Under the pieces are notes generated by a model. That model was not told where the DNA came from and did not search any database. It was given only the letters and a program-made list of their open reading frames with translations. From the NCBI GenBank assembly GCA_028223395.1, contig JAOIUG010000007.1, forward strand, positions 45 through 64,044: DNA of 64,000 bases, read 5' to 3'. A program made the translations under genes and the position numbers. This stretch comes from Shewanella sp. GTDB lineage: Bacteria; Pseudomonadota; Gammaproteobacteria; Enterobacterales; Shewanellaceae. Of the stretch, positions 9,909 to 20,084 are shown piece after piece (within the stretch, counting starts at the first letter, position 1; the number at the start of each line of letters is the position of its first letter).

Positions 9909-11500
9909 TAATACAACCTCTTAGACTGAGCCAATCGAGGCCCAGCATCGCTAAGATAAAGATTAAGCTGCACTAGTGTTTGAGCGCCCGCAATCCCATC
10001 TGCAATTAACCCATGTTGGCGCTGAAATGCTTTAAGTTTTTGTTCTAATTGGGCATCAAATCGGTTCACCAGCCTAGGCTTTTCGCCAGCCACCACTGCT
10101 AAGCTGTTCTCTAACCACTGTAACTGGGCTTGATTGGCTGATTGACCAATTTCACTGACTTGCGTATTTGGCGCTTGCCATAAGATCTCAAACGTACCGC
10201 TAAAATGGCGAGTAAACCAGTCGCGCTTAACCCACAGCTGCTGCTCATTAAGTTGCAATAAAATTTGCTCCCCTTGCCGCGCAACGACCGTGCCGTAAAA
10301 CGCCTGCTGTTTATCATCAACTAAATAAACCACTGCAGGATAATTAAGCCGCATAATGGAATGCCAATTGCCTTGCTGCTGATAACAAGATAACCCTTGT
10401 TGCTGTGCAGATTGACAAGCTGTTAAGCCGATATAAGGTGTTTTCCCCCATAAACCTAAGATGCTGGCATAAGCCTTCTCAATATTACGGCTGTTATCGA
10501 TGGCATTTTGCAGCACTCTTTGAGTGTTACTTTGGCTGGCAGGCATGGTGGCGACCGGTGGCTTTGTCGTTGCCTCATCTGCTTGCGTGTTTAGCGGAGT
10601 TGGGTTGTGACTGAAGAAATAAAAGGCACCACTAAAGGTCAATATCAGCGCTGCCGCCAGTCCTGCGGGTAACCACAGGTTATTTTGAGCTGGCGCTTCA
10701 CCTAATACTTCTTGTGATGCCATGTGGATCATTTTATTGTCTATTGGGACTTTAGATTGAGCGTAGCTTGCCATTAAGGCTCGCTCACACATTAAATTAA
10801 TCAGCCGAGGGATCCCGCCGCTGTGCTTATGTAGAGCGCGAATTGCACGCCGGTGAAAAAGTGGCTCGTGACGCCCAGCAACTTGTAAACGGTGTTGTAC
10901 GTATAACGCCACTTCCTCAACCGTCAGTGGTAATAAATGGTAACGCGCCGTGATCCGTTGCGCTAATTGCCTCAATTCTTGTCGTTTTAATAGTTGCTGC
11001 AGCTCTGGTTGGCCTATCAAAATAACTTGCAGCAGTTTTTTTGTGTCTGTCTCTAAATTGGTCAACAACCTTAGCTGTTCTAAAACTTCAGCTTTTAGAT
11101 GCTGTGCCTCATCGATGATTAATACCGTGTTTCGGCCTTTACTGTGGTTATCGAGCAAAAAACGGCTTATTTGATCCGTCAGCTGCTTAAGGCTGGGTGA
11201 CTCACCATAAGTGATACTAAGCTCATCACACAAAGTCGCTAATAATTCTAATTCTGTTAGCGCAGGGTTCAAAATAAAAGCGGTGTCAGTATTGTCAGGC
11301 AGTTGATTTAATAAACAACGCGATACCGTAGTTTTGCCTGTCCCCACTTCGCCGGTTAATAGCACAAAACCACCGGTCTCACCTAACCCATAGGTTAAGT
11401 GGGCTAGTGCTTCGCGGTGACGATCACTTAAAAACAAATAATGTGGATTCGGAGCTATCGAAAATGGATTGTCTTTTAATCCAAAAAAAGCCTTATACAT
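9908..11500 (-). CDS. gspA: ExeA/GspA ATPase with C-terminal peptidoglycan-binding domain
   Basis: MYKAFFGL..PFSIAPNP, Walker A GEVGTGKTT, Walker B IIDEAQ, FQRQHGLIADGIAGAQT. Confidence 0.92.
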   Translation of the reverse strand: MYKAFFGLKDNPFSIAPNPHYLFLSDRHREALAHLTYGLGETGGFVLLTGEVGTGKTTVSRCLLNQLPDNTDTAFILNPALTELELLATLCDELSITYGESPSLKQLTDQISRFLLDNHSKGRNTVLIIDEAQHLKAEVLEQLRLLTNLETDTKKLLQVILIGQPELQQLLKRQELRQLAQRITARYHLLPLTVEEVALYVQHRLQVAGRHEPLFHRRAIRALHKHSGGIPRLINLMCERALMASYAQSKVPIDNKMIHMASQEVLGEAPAQNNLWLPAGLAAALILTFSGAFYFFSHNPTPLNTQADEATTKPPVATMPASQSNTQRVLQNAIDNSRNIEKAYASILGLWGKTPYIGLTACQSAQQQGLSCYQQQGNWHSIMRLNYPAVVYLVDDKQQAFYGTVVARQGEQILLQLNEQQLWVKRDWFTRHFSGTFEILWQAPNTQVSEIGQSANQAQLQWLENSLAVVAGEKPRLVNRFDAQLEQKLKAFQRQHGLIADGIAGAQTLVQLNLYLSDAGPRLAQSKRLY

Positions 11501-11734
11501 GCCGCTTTCAATCCTTGTTAGGGCGCTAACTTACCATACAGTAATGCGGCCTTTGCTGTTACTCAAACGCTTTGCGTCTTGACAAAAATACAGAAATTAC
11601 CCTCACGTTAAAGCCAAGCTGAACTGTTGTCAAAACTTGCCTCCAATTAAACCACTAAAATCAGATGTCTATCGGTGGTTATTTGAGCGAAAAATATCAA
11701 TTTAACCATGCTAGACTAGTACTTATGTCCATTA

Positions 11735-12985
11735 ATGAGTTTGACTGTGAATATATACCTTGTCGGCGGTGCTGTCCGCGATAGTTTGTTAAAGCTGCCC
11801 ATTAAAGATCGTGATTATATGGTGGTGGGCAGTACCCCTGCACAGATGTTAGCCTTGGGCTATAAGCAAGTTGGCAAAGATTTCCCTGTGTTTTTACACC
11901 CTAAAACACAACAAGAATATGCCCTTGCTCGCACTGAACGAAAAATGACAGCGGGCTATGCAGGCTTTAGTGTTGACGCCAACCCCAGTGTCACGTTAGA
12001 GCAAGATCTATTAAGAAGGGATTTAACGATTAATGCCATTGCAGAAGACGATAAAGGCAATATGTTTGATCCTTTTAACGGCATAGCCGATCTTAATCAT
12101 CGTCTATTAAGGCATGTGTCAAATGCATTTACAGAAGATCCTTTACGCGTACTGCGGGTTGCTCGTTTTGCCGCACGCTTTCACGGTTTAGGCTTTACTA
12201 TCGCAACTGAAACCATGGCGTTAATGCGCCAGATCAGCAAAAGTGGTGAACTTGAGGCATTAACCGCCGAGCGCGTATATATTGAGCTTGATAAAGCACT
12301 CAACTGTGATGCCCCGCAAGTGTTCTTTGATGTATTACGGCAATGTGATGCACTTGCTATTTTATTTCCTGAGATTGAAGCGCTGTTTGGCGTACCGCAA
12401 CCTCAACAATGGCATCCAGAAATCGATACCGGGATCCACACGCTAATGGTACTTGAGCAAGCTGCAAAATTGTCTCACGACAATGCGGTTCGATTTGCAT
12501 CACTCGTGCATGATCTTGGCAAAGCGTTAAGCCCAAAAGAGACGCTGCCAAAACACCATGGACACGGTCACAAGGGCTTACCGCTTATTAAAGCACTTTG
12601 CCAACGCTTTAGAGTCCCTAATGAATACCGTGATCTTGCGTTACTCGTCAGTGAGCAGCATCAAAATGTCCATAATGCCTATCAACTTAGAGCCGACACC
12701 ATAGTGAAACTTTTTGATAAAGCAGATTTTTGGCGCAAACCGCAGCGGTTTGAACAATTACTGTTAAGCTGTGAAGCTGATGCAAAAGGCCGTCTCGGAT
12801 TTGAGTGCGATCCTTACCCGCAAGCAGACTATCTTCACGAATGTTTTCAGGCAGCCTCTAACGTGGCGGTAAAAGAAATTATTGCCGCCGGGTACAAAGG
12901 GGCAGAGATAAGACAGCAACTGACACAACGCCGCATTGATGCCGTACAGCACGTGAAAAACAGCAGAGAAATGGTCAATGCATAA
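11735..12985 (+). CDS. cca: Multifunctional CCA-adding enzyme with HD domain
   Basis: [27 protein letters not shown] and HDLGK motifs. Confidence 0.97.
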   Translation: MSLTVNIYLVGGAVRDSLLKLPIKDRDYMVVGSTPAQMLALGYKQVGKDFPVFLHPKTQQEYALARTERKMTAGYAGFSVDANPSVTLEQDLLRRDLTINAIAEDDKGNMFDPFNGIADLNHRLLRHVSNAFTEDPLRVLRVARFAARFHGLGFTIATETMALMRQISKSGELEALTAERVYIELDKALNCDAPQVFFDVLRQCDALAILFPEIEALFGVPQPQQWHPEIDTGIHTLMVLEQAAKLSHDNAVRFASLVHDLGKALSPKETLPKHHGHGHKGLPLIKALCQRFRVPNEYRDLALLVSEQHQNVHNAYQLRADTIVKLFDKADFWRKPQRFEQLLLSCEADAKGRLGFECDPYPQADYLHECFQAASNVAVKEIIAAGYKGAEIRQQLTQRRIDAVQHVKNSREMVNA

Positions 12986-13201
12986 AAGAGCGTTTAACTT
13001 GATGCTAATGAGCTAATATTATAGCAGTGTGACAGAAGAGAAAAATGATGAGTGATTTGCATTTGCTTGGCAATTAGCCAAAGTATTAAGCTCTTAGCAT
13101 TAAAATTCATAGCAAATTTTTTTGTCTGTGACATAATTAAACAGTTCAGTTGTACGTACAGCTGTACTTAATTAATCCAACCTAAACAAAGGGAATTCCC
13201 G

Positions 13202-13465
13202 ATGAATAAAAAACTTATGATTGCTGGTGTAGCAATGACTACCCTACTAGGTGGCTGTGCAAACACAACTGCTCTTGAAGAAAGCGTTGCAAACCTAGGT
13301 AATAAAGTTGATCAACTGTCAGCTGAAGTTAGCTCTCTAAAATCAGATCACGGTAAGCTGTCTGCTAACGTCAACGACGTAAAAGCTGCGGCTATGGATG
13401 CACAAGCAGAAGCTAAACGTGCAAATGCTCGTATCAATAACGTTGCCTCTTCTTACAAGAAGTAA
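13202..13465 (+). CDS. lpp: Major outer-membrane lipoprotein (Lpp/OprI alanine-zipper family)
   Basis: Lipobox LGGC, coiled coil, EAKRANARINN, C-terminal YKK. Confidence 0.88.
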   Translation: MNKKLMIAGVAMTTLLGGCANTTALEESVANLGNKVDQLSAEVSSLKSDHGKLSANVNDVKAAAMDAQAEAKRANARINNVASSYKK

Positions 13466-13567
13466 CAACGCTTAGCGTTTAACCTGTTTCTCAATAGGTT
13501 GAATTAAAAGGCTTGGCTCAAGGTAATTTGACCAAGCCTTACATTTATCTACTCTGTACATACACGC

Positions 13568-14479
13568 TTAAGAAGACTCATCACTGCCAATATCAATCGG
13601 GATCCCGTTTTGATTCAATAATGCATCATTAGCTTTTATGTAATCAACGCCTTGTTGCCCAATAAACTTGACCACACTACGATTCATTTTAATGATCCCG
13701 CTATCTTGCCCTTCAGCATCAGATAAAGGTGAATGCACTTCAATTAACGCTCGCCCGTTTGGTTCTAAAGATGTTTTAACCGTTTGATTGATCACTCTTA
13801 CAGAGTCACCGTATCGGACCTGATTAAATAGCCATTCGATATCATCAGGGTTTAGACGAATGCACCCTGCACTGACTCGCATACCAATGCCAAAGTCTTT
13901 ATTCGTGCCATGGATCAAGTAACTACCGTCACCATAAGAAAGCTGAATAGCATATTTACCCAATGGATTATCAGGCCCTGCCAACACAACACGCGGCAGC
14001 ACCTCACCACGTTCTTCCAAATGCTCTTTGCGGATACTCGCCGGTGGTGTCCAGCTTGGGTTAGGGATCCGAGATTTTATCCGTGTCACCATCTCAGGTG
14101 TCTCTCGGCCTATTCGACCGATCCCAACAGGAAATACGTGCACTTCCTCTCTATCTTTAGGAAAATAGTACAATCTCAGTTCAGGCAAATTAATGACTAC
14201 CCCCTCATGAGGGACGTCAGGCAGCAACATTTGCGTTGGGATCAATAGGCGACTGCCAGGTTCAGGTAGAAAAGGATCAACGCCAGGGTTCGATTCCATC
14301 AACTCCAAAATACCAATGTTGTACTGTTGAGCAATCGTTTTAAAATAATCGCCCTTTGCAACGATATGCTCTTGTAACTTACCCACAAGGCGGCTACCGT
14401 CTTGCGGGATCGGATACACGTTAGCAAATGAAACTAGCGGTAAAGCAGTTAAGATGAAAAACAGCAATGTACGCATCAT
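13568..14479 (-). CDS. L,D-transpeptidase (LysM + YkuD; ErfK/YbiS/YcfS family)
   Basis: Signal peptide, NPGVDPFLP, INLPELRLYY, GPDNPLG and HGTN..SAGCIRL catalytic motif. Confidence 0.92.
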   Translation of the reverse strand: MMRTLLFFILTALPLVSFANVYPIPQDGSRLVGKLQEHIVAKGDYFKTIAQQYNIGILELMESNPGVDPFLPEPGSRLLIPTQMLLPDVPHEGVVINLPELRLYYFPKDREEVHVFPVGIGRIGRETPEMVTRIKSRIPNPSWTPPASIRKEHLEERGEVLPRVVLAGPDNPLGKYAIQLSYGDGSYLIHGTNKDFGIGMRVSAGCIRLNPDDIEWLFNQVRYGDSVRVINQTVKTSLEPNGRALIEVHSPLSDAEGQDSGIIKMNRSVVKFIGQQGVDYIKANDALLNQNGIPIDIGSDESS

Positions 14480-14532
14480 CAGTATTTAACATTCCATTAG
14501 GTTGTATAAATTAAGATTACCCTGAGCGACAA

Positions 14533-15366
14533 CTATTTTCTAGTCATCACATTAATCACAAAGTCTATTTCGAGTGAGTCGAACTTAGCTTGTTGAATAT
14601 GATGGCGCATATTATCATTGGCTCGCCAAGCGTAAGGTGTCATTTCAAGCAGTGCGATTGCTTGTTCACCGGAAACGCTCACCTTAATCGACAGTCGTTC
14701 GCTTTGGAGCAATTCAAGCTCTTTAGGCAAATTATGGCTAACAGATCTTTCACTCAAATCTGGATAGATAAACTCTCTTATCTGCCATAAGTGTCTAGGC
14801 CCGGCTGCCACTTGCAATAAAATCCCATCTTGCTTGAGCACTCGCGTTAACTCTTTTCCCTTAAGCTGTTTATCAATTAACGTGACTAAATCAAAGCTTT
14901 CATCTTTAATCGGTAGGTGCTTTAAGTTTGACACAATATAAGTCGGCCCACTTTGCGACTTAGCGGCTGCAAAAATGGCGTTCTCAGCTTCACTGATCCC
15001 AGTTTGCTCCACAGCAAGATCAGGCTGTTGCTCCGCTAGAATGTCCTTAACCGTTCTTAAAAAGTAACCTTCGCCGCAATCATAATCTAACTGCGACAGC
15101 GACTGACTGGCTGAAAAACGAGGAAACTGCCCAATCATCTCTGCCAGTTTTTGTGCTAACGGCACATAAATTCCAGATTCAAGCACATAGCGTTTTGCAC
15201 GCATCACCGCTCTTGAATCTACTTTTGGCTTTTTAACTAAGCCAAAGAGCCAATATCCTTGCTCATTTTTGTCAAAGTGATGCTTATTCTCACAATGCAG
15301 CCCTTTAGACTCTTGATGCACCATTAAGTCTGATTGGCATAGGGGGCAAAGATAAATACTGTTCAT
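14533..15366 (-). CDS. RlmA-like zinc-finger SAM-methyltransferase homologue (divergent)
   Basis: CPLC..C..H.FD zinc finger, CGEGYF, GPRHL and MTPYAW; start moved to ATG 15366. Confidence 0.8.
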   Translation of the reverse strand: MNSIYLCPLCQSDLMVHQESKGLHCENKHHFDKNEQGYWLFGLVKKPKVDSRAVMRAKRYVLESGIYVPLAQKLAEMIGQFPRFSASQSLSQLDYDCGEGYFLRTVKDILAEQQPDLAVEQTGISEAENAIFAAAKSQSGPTYIVSNLKHLPIKDESFDLVTLIDKQLKGKELTRVLKQDGILLQVAAGPRHLWQIREFIYPDLSERSVSHNLPKELELLQSERLSIKVSVSGEQAIALLEMTPYAWRANDNMRHHIQQAKFDSLEIDFVINVMTRK

Positions 15367-15400
15367 AACATGCTCACGGTTCAAATAATTAGGGGTAGAT

Positions 15401-16201
15401 CTATAAGAAGATAAAGCCACACAGGACGGCGCCTAGCACTAATCGATAGATCACAAATGGCGTCATGCCCATTTTACTGATAATTTTCAAGAAGTAATGG
15501 ATACACACATACGCGGCAACAAATGACACCACGATACCTAACCCTAAGGCTTGGTAATCAATAGCTTGGCCACTTGATAGCAGATCTTTTGTCACTAAAA
15601 TAGCCGCACCAAGACTCACCGGTACCGACATTAAAAATGAGAACCTTGCCGCGGCTTCACGACTAAGCCCAAGCATCAGTGCGGCGGTAATGGTAGCGCC
15701 TGAGCGGGACGTACCCGGAATAAGCGCCATGGCCTGCGCAATACCAATCACTAGCGCTTTTTTCCAGCCCACTTGAAATTCATTGAAACCTTGACGCTGC
15801 ATTTTATCTGCCCACCAAAGCAGCAAACCAAAAATGATCGTCGTGGCAGCGATCACCTCGATATTTCGCAGGTGAGTTTCAATAAAGCCCTTGGCAGTAA
15901 AGCCCACCACAACCGCTGGAATTGTGGCTAATATAATCCACCAAGACAATTTACTTTCTTGGGTTTGTTTACCGCTGCCAAGGCTACTTATCCAAGCCTT
16001 AAACATAGAGAATAACTCATGACGAAAATACACGACCACAGCAAGCAATGAGCCGGTATTAACGGCAACATCAAAAGACAAGCCTTGATCTTGCCAATTG
16101 AGCAGCTGCGCTGGCAAAATAAGGTGTGCAGAACTTGAAATAGGCAAAAACTCAGTAAGCCCCTGAATTAAAGCCAATATAATCACTTGAAACGTGTCCA
16201 T
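15401..16201 (-). CDS. uppP: Undecaprenyl-diphosphate phosphatase (BacA)
   Basis: [25 protein letters not shown] and AARFSFL. Confidence 0.96.
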   Translation of the reverse strand: MDTFQVIILALIQGLTEFLPISSSAHLILPAQLLNWQDQGLSFDVAVNTGSLLAVVVYFRHELFSMFKAWISSLGSGKQTQESKLSWWIILATIPAVVVGFTAKGFIETHLRNIEVIAATTIIFGLLLWWADKMQRQGFNEFQVGWKKALVIGIAQAMALIPGTSRSGATITAALMLGLSREAAARFSFLMSVPVSLGAAILVTKDLLSSGQAIDYQALGLGIVVSFVAAYVCIHYFLKIISKMGMTPFVIYRLVLGAVLCGFIFL

Positions 16202-16225
16202 ACTTATCCTATTTATATGATGATA

Positions 16226-16717
16226 TTACGCTGACCAATGAAATTCGATTGGCCATAGTTTTTGTTCCGATTTGTCGTATTCAGCCCAAAGTGATTGGTA
16301 AGACTGTTGGGCGATGGGGTGTATCAGTGTGGGCGCCACTTCAGCGAGCGGCCAAAGTACAAACGCGTTATAGAGGATCTCTGCTCGTGGTAACGCCACT
16401 GGCAATTGGCAAACGACATCATCATATAGCAGTAGGTCTAAATCTAATGTCCTTGCGGCAAACTTCTTAGCGCCAACCACACGGCCGTTGTCTTGCTCTA
16501 TTTGTTTAAACGTCGTGACGACCGCTTCAATGGATAATGAAGTGTCAGCGGCTACCACCATGTTCAAAAAGTTTGTCCCATCAAAGCCGACCGCCTCACT
16601 TTCAAATACCGATGACAACACAAGGTTGTCAAAATGACGATCCAAGTCGACAAGCGCGGCTTTAAGGTAGCGAACAGGTTCAATATTACTGCCTAAGCTA
16701 ATGTAGATCTTAGCCAT
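16226..16717 (-). CDS. folK: 6-hydroxymethyl-dihydropterin pyrophosphokinase (HPPK)
   Basis: YISLGSN, FLNMV and RTLDLDLL motifs; follows folB. Confidence 0.92.
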   Translation of the reverse strand: MAKIYISLGSNIEPVRYLKAALVDLDRHFDNLVLSSVFESEAVGFDGTNFLNMVVAADTSLSIEAVVTTFKQIEQDNGRVVGAKKFAARTLDLDLLLYDDVVCQLPVALPRAEILYNAFVLWPLAEVAPTLIHPIAQQSYQSLWAEYDKSEQKLWPIEFHWSA

Positions 16718-17071
16718 TTACGCATGACCTCTTTCTATCTCAACACCAACAGCAACTGCACTGGGTACAGCCCCAGGTTTCATCACTTTGACTTTGACCC
16801 AAGGCACCATAAACTCATCCATCACGCAGCGAGCAACCAACTCAGCAACGGTTTCAATAAGCTCTATAGGCTTTTCAGTGATCAGTGCTGTGAGTCGGTT
16901 AGATACCGTTTCATAGCAAAGCGCGTTCTCGTAGGCATCACTTGCTGCAGCCAAACGGTTATCCCATGCCATGTCTAAGTCCAGTAACAAGGTTTGATGG
17001 ATCTGTTTTTCCCACTCGTAGATCCCAATCACTGTTTCTACTTTAAGTTCTCTGATCAGCACTTTATCCAT
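16718..17071 (-). CDS. folB: Dihydroneopterin aldolase
   Basis: IGIYEWEK, LIETVAE, KPGAV and VGVEIERG. Confidence 0.95.
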   Translation of the reverse strand: MDKVLIRELKVETVIGIYEWEKQIHQTLLLDLDMAWDNRLAAASDAYENALCYETVSNRLTALITEKPIELIETVAELVARCVMDEFMVPWVKVKVMKPGAVPSAVAVGVEIERGHA

Positions 17072-17379
17072 TTTTCCTCCAAAACCTTAATCTTGGCCAA
17101 TGAGGTCTGACAAGCTAAAGCGAACAAAAAGGATATAATCCGTCGCAAAGCTGAGATAATACTCTATGGCACTTTCGAACAGGAGTCGATCCTAGTAGGA
17201 TACTCCTCGTCAATAAAGAATTAATAAAAACTGTCGCTTTATCTAAAAGTAAATAAAAAGCGTTTAATACCTTTATAAATACTCACTTAGACCGGAAAGC
17301 AGCGTGGTCATTCAGTTGAGTCTAAAGCACATTTTTATACGTGGCGCGATAATACCCTAAGACGGATAAGGAAACCAAC

Positions 17380-17991
17380 TTGACCACTGTAGCACTAACA
17401 ATAATCATGATAGTAGGGGCCTATTTAGCAGGCTCTGTATCGAGTGCTGTATTAGTGTGTAAAATGCGCGGCTTACCTGATCCACGCACTGAAGGCTCAG
17501 GCAACCCGGGCGCCACCAATGTGTTACGGATAGGCGGCGTCAGCTCCGCAGTATTAGTCTTGTTTTTTGACATGTTAAAAGGCGCTGCTCCCGCCTACCT
17601 CGCTTTTAGACTGGGCGTGGATCCCATCGCACTAGGCTTAATTGCCATCTCTGCATGCTTAGGACATATTTTCCCTGTCTTTTTTGGCTTTAAAGGCGGG
17701 AAAGGCGTCGCAACCGCATTTGGCGCAACGGCACCAATTGGCCACTTTCTCGCGCTATATCTGGTATTAACGTGGGTGGCCATTGTTTTTATTACCCGTT
17801 ACTCATCATTTGCCGCTATTTGCACCGCACTGCTCGCACCGGTTTATACTTGGTGGCTCGATGACCGATTTACCATTCCTGTGGCCATGCTTTCCACACT
17901 TATCGTGATCCGTCACCGTGACAATATTAAACGTCTGCTAAAAGGTGAAGAATCCAAAGTCTCTCGAAAAAGACGTAATAAAAGCTGCTAG
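17380..17991 (+). CDS. plsY: Glycerol-3-phosphate acyltransferase PlsY
   Basis: [21 protein letters not shown] and RHRDNIKRL; TTG start after an AAGGA SD. Confidence 0.95.
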   Translation: MTTVALTIIMIVGAYLAGSVSSAVLVCKMRGLPDPRTEGSGNPGATNVLRIGGVSSAVLVLFFDMLKGAAPAYLAFRLGVDPIALGLIAISACLGHIFPVFFGFKGGKGVATAFGATAPIGHFLALYLVLTWVAIVFITRYSSFAAICTALLAPVYTWWLDDRFTIPVAMLSTLIVIRHRDNIKRLLKGEESKVSRKRRNKSC

Positions 17992-18019
17992 AAACGCTCA
18001 CTTTACGCAGCAAAACCAC

Positions 18020-18046
18020 AAAAAACGGCGCAAGTTGCGCCGTTTA
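18020..18046. terminator. Terminator between convergent plsY and tsaD
   Basis: AAAAAACGGCGC-AAGTT-GCGCCGTTT. Confidence 0.75.
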
Positions 18047-18063
18047 TTATATTTAATCTACCG

Positions 18064-19080
18064 TTAATTAACTGGCTCTAATGTGTCCAGTGGCCATCTT
18101 GGTTGCCCTTTAACCGCCAAGTCATCAGTTTGCCCCGCCTTTAAACGTTGTAAGCCTGCATACGCAATCATCGCACCATTATCAGTACAAAACTCACCAC
18201 GGGGATAAAATACTTGTCCGCCAAGATTTGTCATCATGTCAGCCAATTGCGCACGTAAACGCGTGTTAGCACTCACTCCGCCTGCAATCACTAAACGCTG
18301 ATAACCGGTTTGTTTCAGTGCTCGCTTACATTTTATGGCTAAGGTATCAACCACCGCCTCTTCAAATGCACACGCAATATTTGCTCTTGTTTGTTCATCA
18401 TTAGGTTCGGCTGCAATCGTGTTCGCCGCAAAGGTTTTCAAACCTGAAAAACTCATATTCAGCCCAGGTTTATCCGTCATTGGCCTTGGGAAACGGTAGC
18501 TATTAGCCACGCCTTTAGCTGCCAATTTCGAGAGCCTTGGCCCACCAGGGTAATCAAGCCCCATTAATTTTGCTGTCTTATCAAACGCTTCACCGGCAGC
18601 ATCATCCACAGACTCACCTAACACCTCATAACGGCCGATGCCTTCAACCCCCACAAGCATCGAATGCCCACCTGACACGAGCAATGCAAGAAAGGGGAAC
18701 TGAGGTACGTCATCTTCAAGCATTGGCGCGAGCAAATGCCCTTCCATGTGATGCACGCCTATTGCAGGCTTATCCCATGAAAATGCTAACGCACGTCCCA
18801 CACAAGCCCCAACAAGTAAAGCACCAATAAGCCCTGGGCCTTTGGTGTATGCAATACCGTCAATATCTTCTATCGTCATATCGGCATCAGCTAATGCTTG
18901 ACGGATCAATGGTACAATTTTACGCACATGATCCCGAGAGGCTAACTCAGGCACAACACCGCCATAATCGGCATGCAATTTAACCTGACTATAAAGAGTG
19001 TGCGATAAAAGCCCTTTATGGTCATCGTAAACGGCAATACCTGTTTCGTCACAAGACGTCTCTATTCCTAAAACCCGCAT
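18064..19080 (-). CDS. tsaD: tRNA t6A threonylcarbamoyltransferase TsaD
   Basis: [34 protein letters not shown] and TDNGAMI. Confidence 0.97.
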   Translation of the reverse strand: MRVLGIETSCDETGIAVYDDHKGLLSHTLYSQVKLHADYGGVVPELASRDHVRKIVPLIRQALADADMTIEDIDGIAYTKGPGLIGALLVGACVGRALAFSWDKPAIGVHHMEGHLLAPMLEDDVPQFPFLALLVSGGHSMLVGVEGIGRYEVLGESVDDAAGEAFDKTAKLMGLDYPGGPRLSKLAAKGVANSYRFPRPMTDKPGLNMSFSGLKTFAANTIAAEPNDEQTRANIACAFEEAVVDTLAIKCKRALKQTGYQRLVIAGGVSANTRLRAQLADMMTNLGGQVFYPRGEFCTDNGAMIAYAGLQRLKAGQTDDLAVKGQPRWPLDTLEPVN

Positions 19081-19206
19081 TGTTTCTCATCTTGACTTCA
19101 TATATATTACTGCCAATTCTACCTGCTGTGCTTTAATTACTCCATAGCGCTGGCTGCCTTAACCCCAATTATCGCCTATGAACATCATTCATATCGCTAA
19201 TAAGGG

Positions 19207-19236
19207 TTTACAACATGGTCTGAGTCGGTGTAGAAT
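19207..19236 (+). promoter_or_regulatory. Probable sigma70 promoter of rpsU
   Basis: TTTACA-18 bp-TAGAAT upstream of rpsU. Confidence 0.55.
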
Positions 19237-19308
19237 TTCGCACCATTTTTAAATTATCTGAGTCAAGTAATTGTCTCAATACAACCTACACCTAAGGGGT
19301 GATGGCGT

Positions 19309-19524
19309 ATGCCAATTATTAAAGTACGTGAAAACGAACCATTCGACGTAGCTCTTCGTCGTTTCAAGCGCTCTTGTGAAAAAGCTGGTATTTTAGCTGA
19401 CGTTCGCGCTCGTGAATTCTACGAGAAGCCAACGACTGCACGTAAACGTGCTAAAGCCGCTGCTATCAAGCGTCTTGCTAAGAAGCTTTCTCGCGAAAAC
19501 GCACGTCGCGTACGTTTATACTAA
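19309..19524 (+). CDS. rpsU: 30S ribosomal protein S21
   Basis: [27 protein letters not shown]...RRVRLY. Confidence 0.98.
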   Translation: MPIIKVRENEPFDVALRRFKRSCEKAGILADVRAREFYEKPTTARKRAKAAAIKRLAKKLSRENARRVRLY

Positions 19525-19531
19525 TCTCATT

Positions 19532-19975
19532 ATGAGCCTAATTGATCAGCTAAAAGAGCAAATGAAAGACGCCATGCGTGCCAAACAAAAGGTACGCTTG
19601 GGGACTATTCGTATGGCACTGGCCGCCATCAAGCAAATTGAAGTGGATACCCGCGAATCTTTGAATGATGACCAAGCTATAGCGGTCTTAACCAAAATGG
19701 TTAAACAGCGTCGTGATTCTATTGCGCAATATGCCGCAGCAGGACGTGACGAACTAGCACAAATTGAAGCAGATGAAATTCAAGTACTTGAAGAGTTTCT
19801 GCCTCAACCTCTTACCGAAGAGGAAATTGTTGCGCTAGTTGATGCAAGTATCCTAGAGATAGGCGCATCCTCCATGGCGGATATGGGTAAAGTAATGGGA
19901 TCATTAAAACCTAAAGTAATGGGTAGAGCAGATATGGCGGCAATTGGCGCTATGATCCGTGCAAAACTCAAGTAG
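19532..19975 (+). CDS. GatB/YqeY domain protein
   Basis: MSLIDQLKEQMKDAMRAK, KQRRDSI, LPQPL and DMGKVMG; start moved to ATG 19532, after rpsU. Confidence 0.93.
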   Translation: MSLIDQLKEQMKDAMRAKQKVRLGTIRMALAAIKQIEVDTRESLNDDQAIAVLTKMVKQRRDSIAQYAAAGRDELAQIEADEIQVLEEFLPQPLTEEEIVALVDASILEIGASSMADMGKVMGSLKPKVMGRADMAAIGAMIRAKLK

Positions 19976-20084
19976 TTTTTGTTTTAATGATGAATAAGCC
20001 GTGCTTTTGCGCGGCTTGTTTGTTTTCGATTTTCTCTATTTTAACTTCACGACAGTACAGCAAAGGCGACATTAAACAACACAA

